DNA from: Zygnema circumcarinatum SAG 698-1b | Lineage: Eukaryota; Plantae; Zygnematophyceae | Assembly: GCA_037447605.1 (NCBI GenBank) | Contig: CM074808.1 | Coordinates: 3,286,001-3,350,000 of the forward strand | Length of the DNA stretch: 64,000 nt | Direction of reading: 5' to 3' | Shown: positions 62,812 to 64,000 of the stretch, piece after piece | Numbering within the stretch: position 1 is the first letter of the stretch | How the letters are laid out: every line of letters starts with the position of its first letter | Position numbers and translations under genes: made by a program | The notes under the pieces: generated by a model | The model's database searches: none | The model's input: only the letters and a program-made list of their open reading frames with translations | Told to the model about the DNA's origin: nothing

Positions 62812-64000
62812 TCACACGCTTCTTGCTATGCTTTCGCAGACACTGTCTGCAGTAAAGTCGTCGTCCTCTGAACTCAGTTCCGAAGGGGCCAAGGAAGGGA
62901 GCTGGTGAGGGGAGGGAGAGTTCAGCCGCAATTCAAGGCGAAGTGCAACTTCCAAATCGCGAACAACTTCATTCATCCCCGGCCTTAGCCCCCCGGGCTC
63001 CTGGAAGGAAACCCAACCCCCCCCCTTCCCAAAAAGTATATGAAAGGTGAACATAAAATTGAAGTATCCGATTCTTTTCATCGTCCCGAGTGCACAGAAT
63101 GACAAGAAGAGAGGAAAAAACAGAGTGTCTGTTCACATCTCTGCGAAAGCCTTTACCTGCAAACAACGCAGAACGAGTTCTCCCACAAGCTCCATGGAGG
63201 CATCTTCATATGCTCCCAGAGATTTGTCCACAATAACATCCATTACTTGTTCTTGCAAGTACGGCCGAGCCCACTCTACAAGGTTAATCTGCCAAACAAC
63301 AACAGAACAAGGACATTCAGTCTCGAAATACACATTGGCAAGGAGAAATCTCCCACAAGGCAACAGCAAAATTTCCAAAATTGGCCCCGAAGTACATCTT
63401 GTTTCTCCGCACCTGGTTGCTCTCATATGGCAGTTCCAAGTCGATGACTTTTCGCCCTGCAATGAGCTCCAACAGCACTACTCCAAAGCTATATACATCA
63501 CTCTTCTCTGTCAGTTTCAGCCACTTGTAGTATTCGGGGTCCACATAGCCAAAGCTGCCTCTCACAGCTGTGCTCACATGCGTCTCTCCTTCGAGAGGCC
63601 CATTCCGACTCAACCCAAAGTCACCCACTTTAGCATTTAAGTCCTCATCCAACAGTATGTTGGTCGATTTCACATCCCTGCAGCGGCAACCACAACATTA
63701 CTCCCCTGCATCATCGATATCTCCCACTCGCAGCAGAGAATCCTCCACAAAACCCTCTGATTTTCCCTACCTTTCTCTTTTGCCCTCCAACATCGTCAAC
63801 ATGAGTGTGAGCATTCCCTACCTTTTTCTTTTGCCCTCCAACATCGTCAACATGAGTGTGAGCATTCCCTACCCTTTTCTTTTGCCCTCCAACATCGTCA
63901 ACATGAATGTGAGCATTCCCTACCTGTGTATGAGAGGAGGGTTCAAGCCGTGATGGAGATAGTCGATTCCCCTTGCTGCCCCAATGGCTATCTCCAGCCG
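62812..64000 (-). CDS. RLK/Pelle receptor-like kinase, C-terminal kinase portion; 5' part lies beyond the window end
   Basis: Exons 64000-63924, 63677-63413, 63288-63157, 63000-62812. [16 protein letters not shown]...IHR|DVKSTNILL...KVGDFGLSR...[19 protein letters not shown]...[14 protein letters not shown]...NLVEWA...RPGMNEVV. Confidence 0.93.
63763..63924. repeat. 51-bp tandem repeat (3 full copies plus a partial) at the 5' end of an RLK intron
   Basis: Units start at 63763, 63814, 63865 and 63916: TTCCCTACCTTTCTCTTTTGCCCTCCAACATCGTCAACATGAGTGTGAGCA. Confidence 0.95.

Overview
Gene-dense eukaryotic nuclear DNA from a streptophyte plant or alga. The land-plant-like gene set, purine/pyrimidine-rich introns and (CATCA)n tract suggest a zygnematophyte such as Closterium; this is an inference. 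I could assemble 15 spliced protein-coding genes by hand, and all complete models stay in frame across their junctions. In order: SPL7-like SBP-box factor (partial, -), NTAQ1/WDYHV1 (+), FBL10-like F-box/LRR (-), clade-F PP2C (-), UTr7/SLC35D-like nucleotide-sugar transporter (-), RPS23 (-), ubiquitin-like-domain + EBS7-like ER membrane protein (+), HPRT (-), ADAT1/TAD1 (-), At3g24160/PMP-like type-I membrane protein (+), katanin p60 (-), PSB28 (+), RadA/Sms (-), CDPK-family kinase without EF-hands (-) and an RLK/Pelle kinase (partial, -). I found no tRNA, rRNA, CRISPR or intact transposon; there are two 10-N gaps. Most interesting: (1) a UBL-EBS7 protein that may link the 'plant-specific' ERAD factor EBS7 to the HERP/Usa1 family; (2) a phased 12-bp-motif/11-bp-spacer array between KTN1 and PSB28; (3) a kinase with a ~690-aa disordered N-terminus carrying seven RRxS motifs and no C-terminal regulatory domain; (4) an SPL7-like SBP domain with a C3H first zinc site and its own upstream CCGTAC cluster; (5) four GC-AG introns among ~86; (6) a minisatellite built from TCP-consensus sites; (7) a 19-bp exact motif shared by two distant 3' regions. 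Family assignments rest on recalled motifs, not on database searches.
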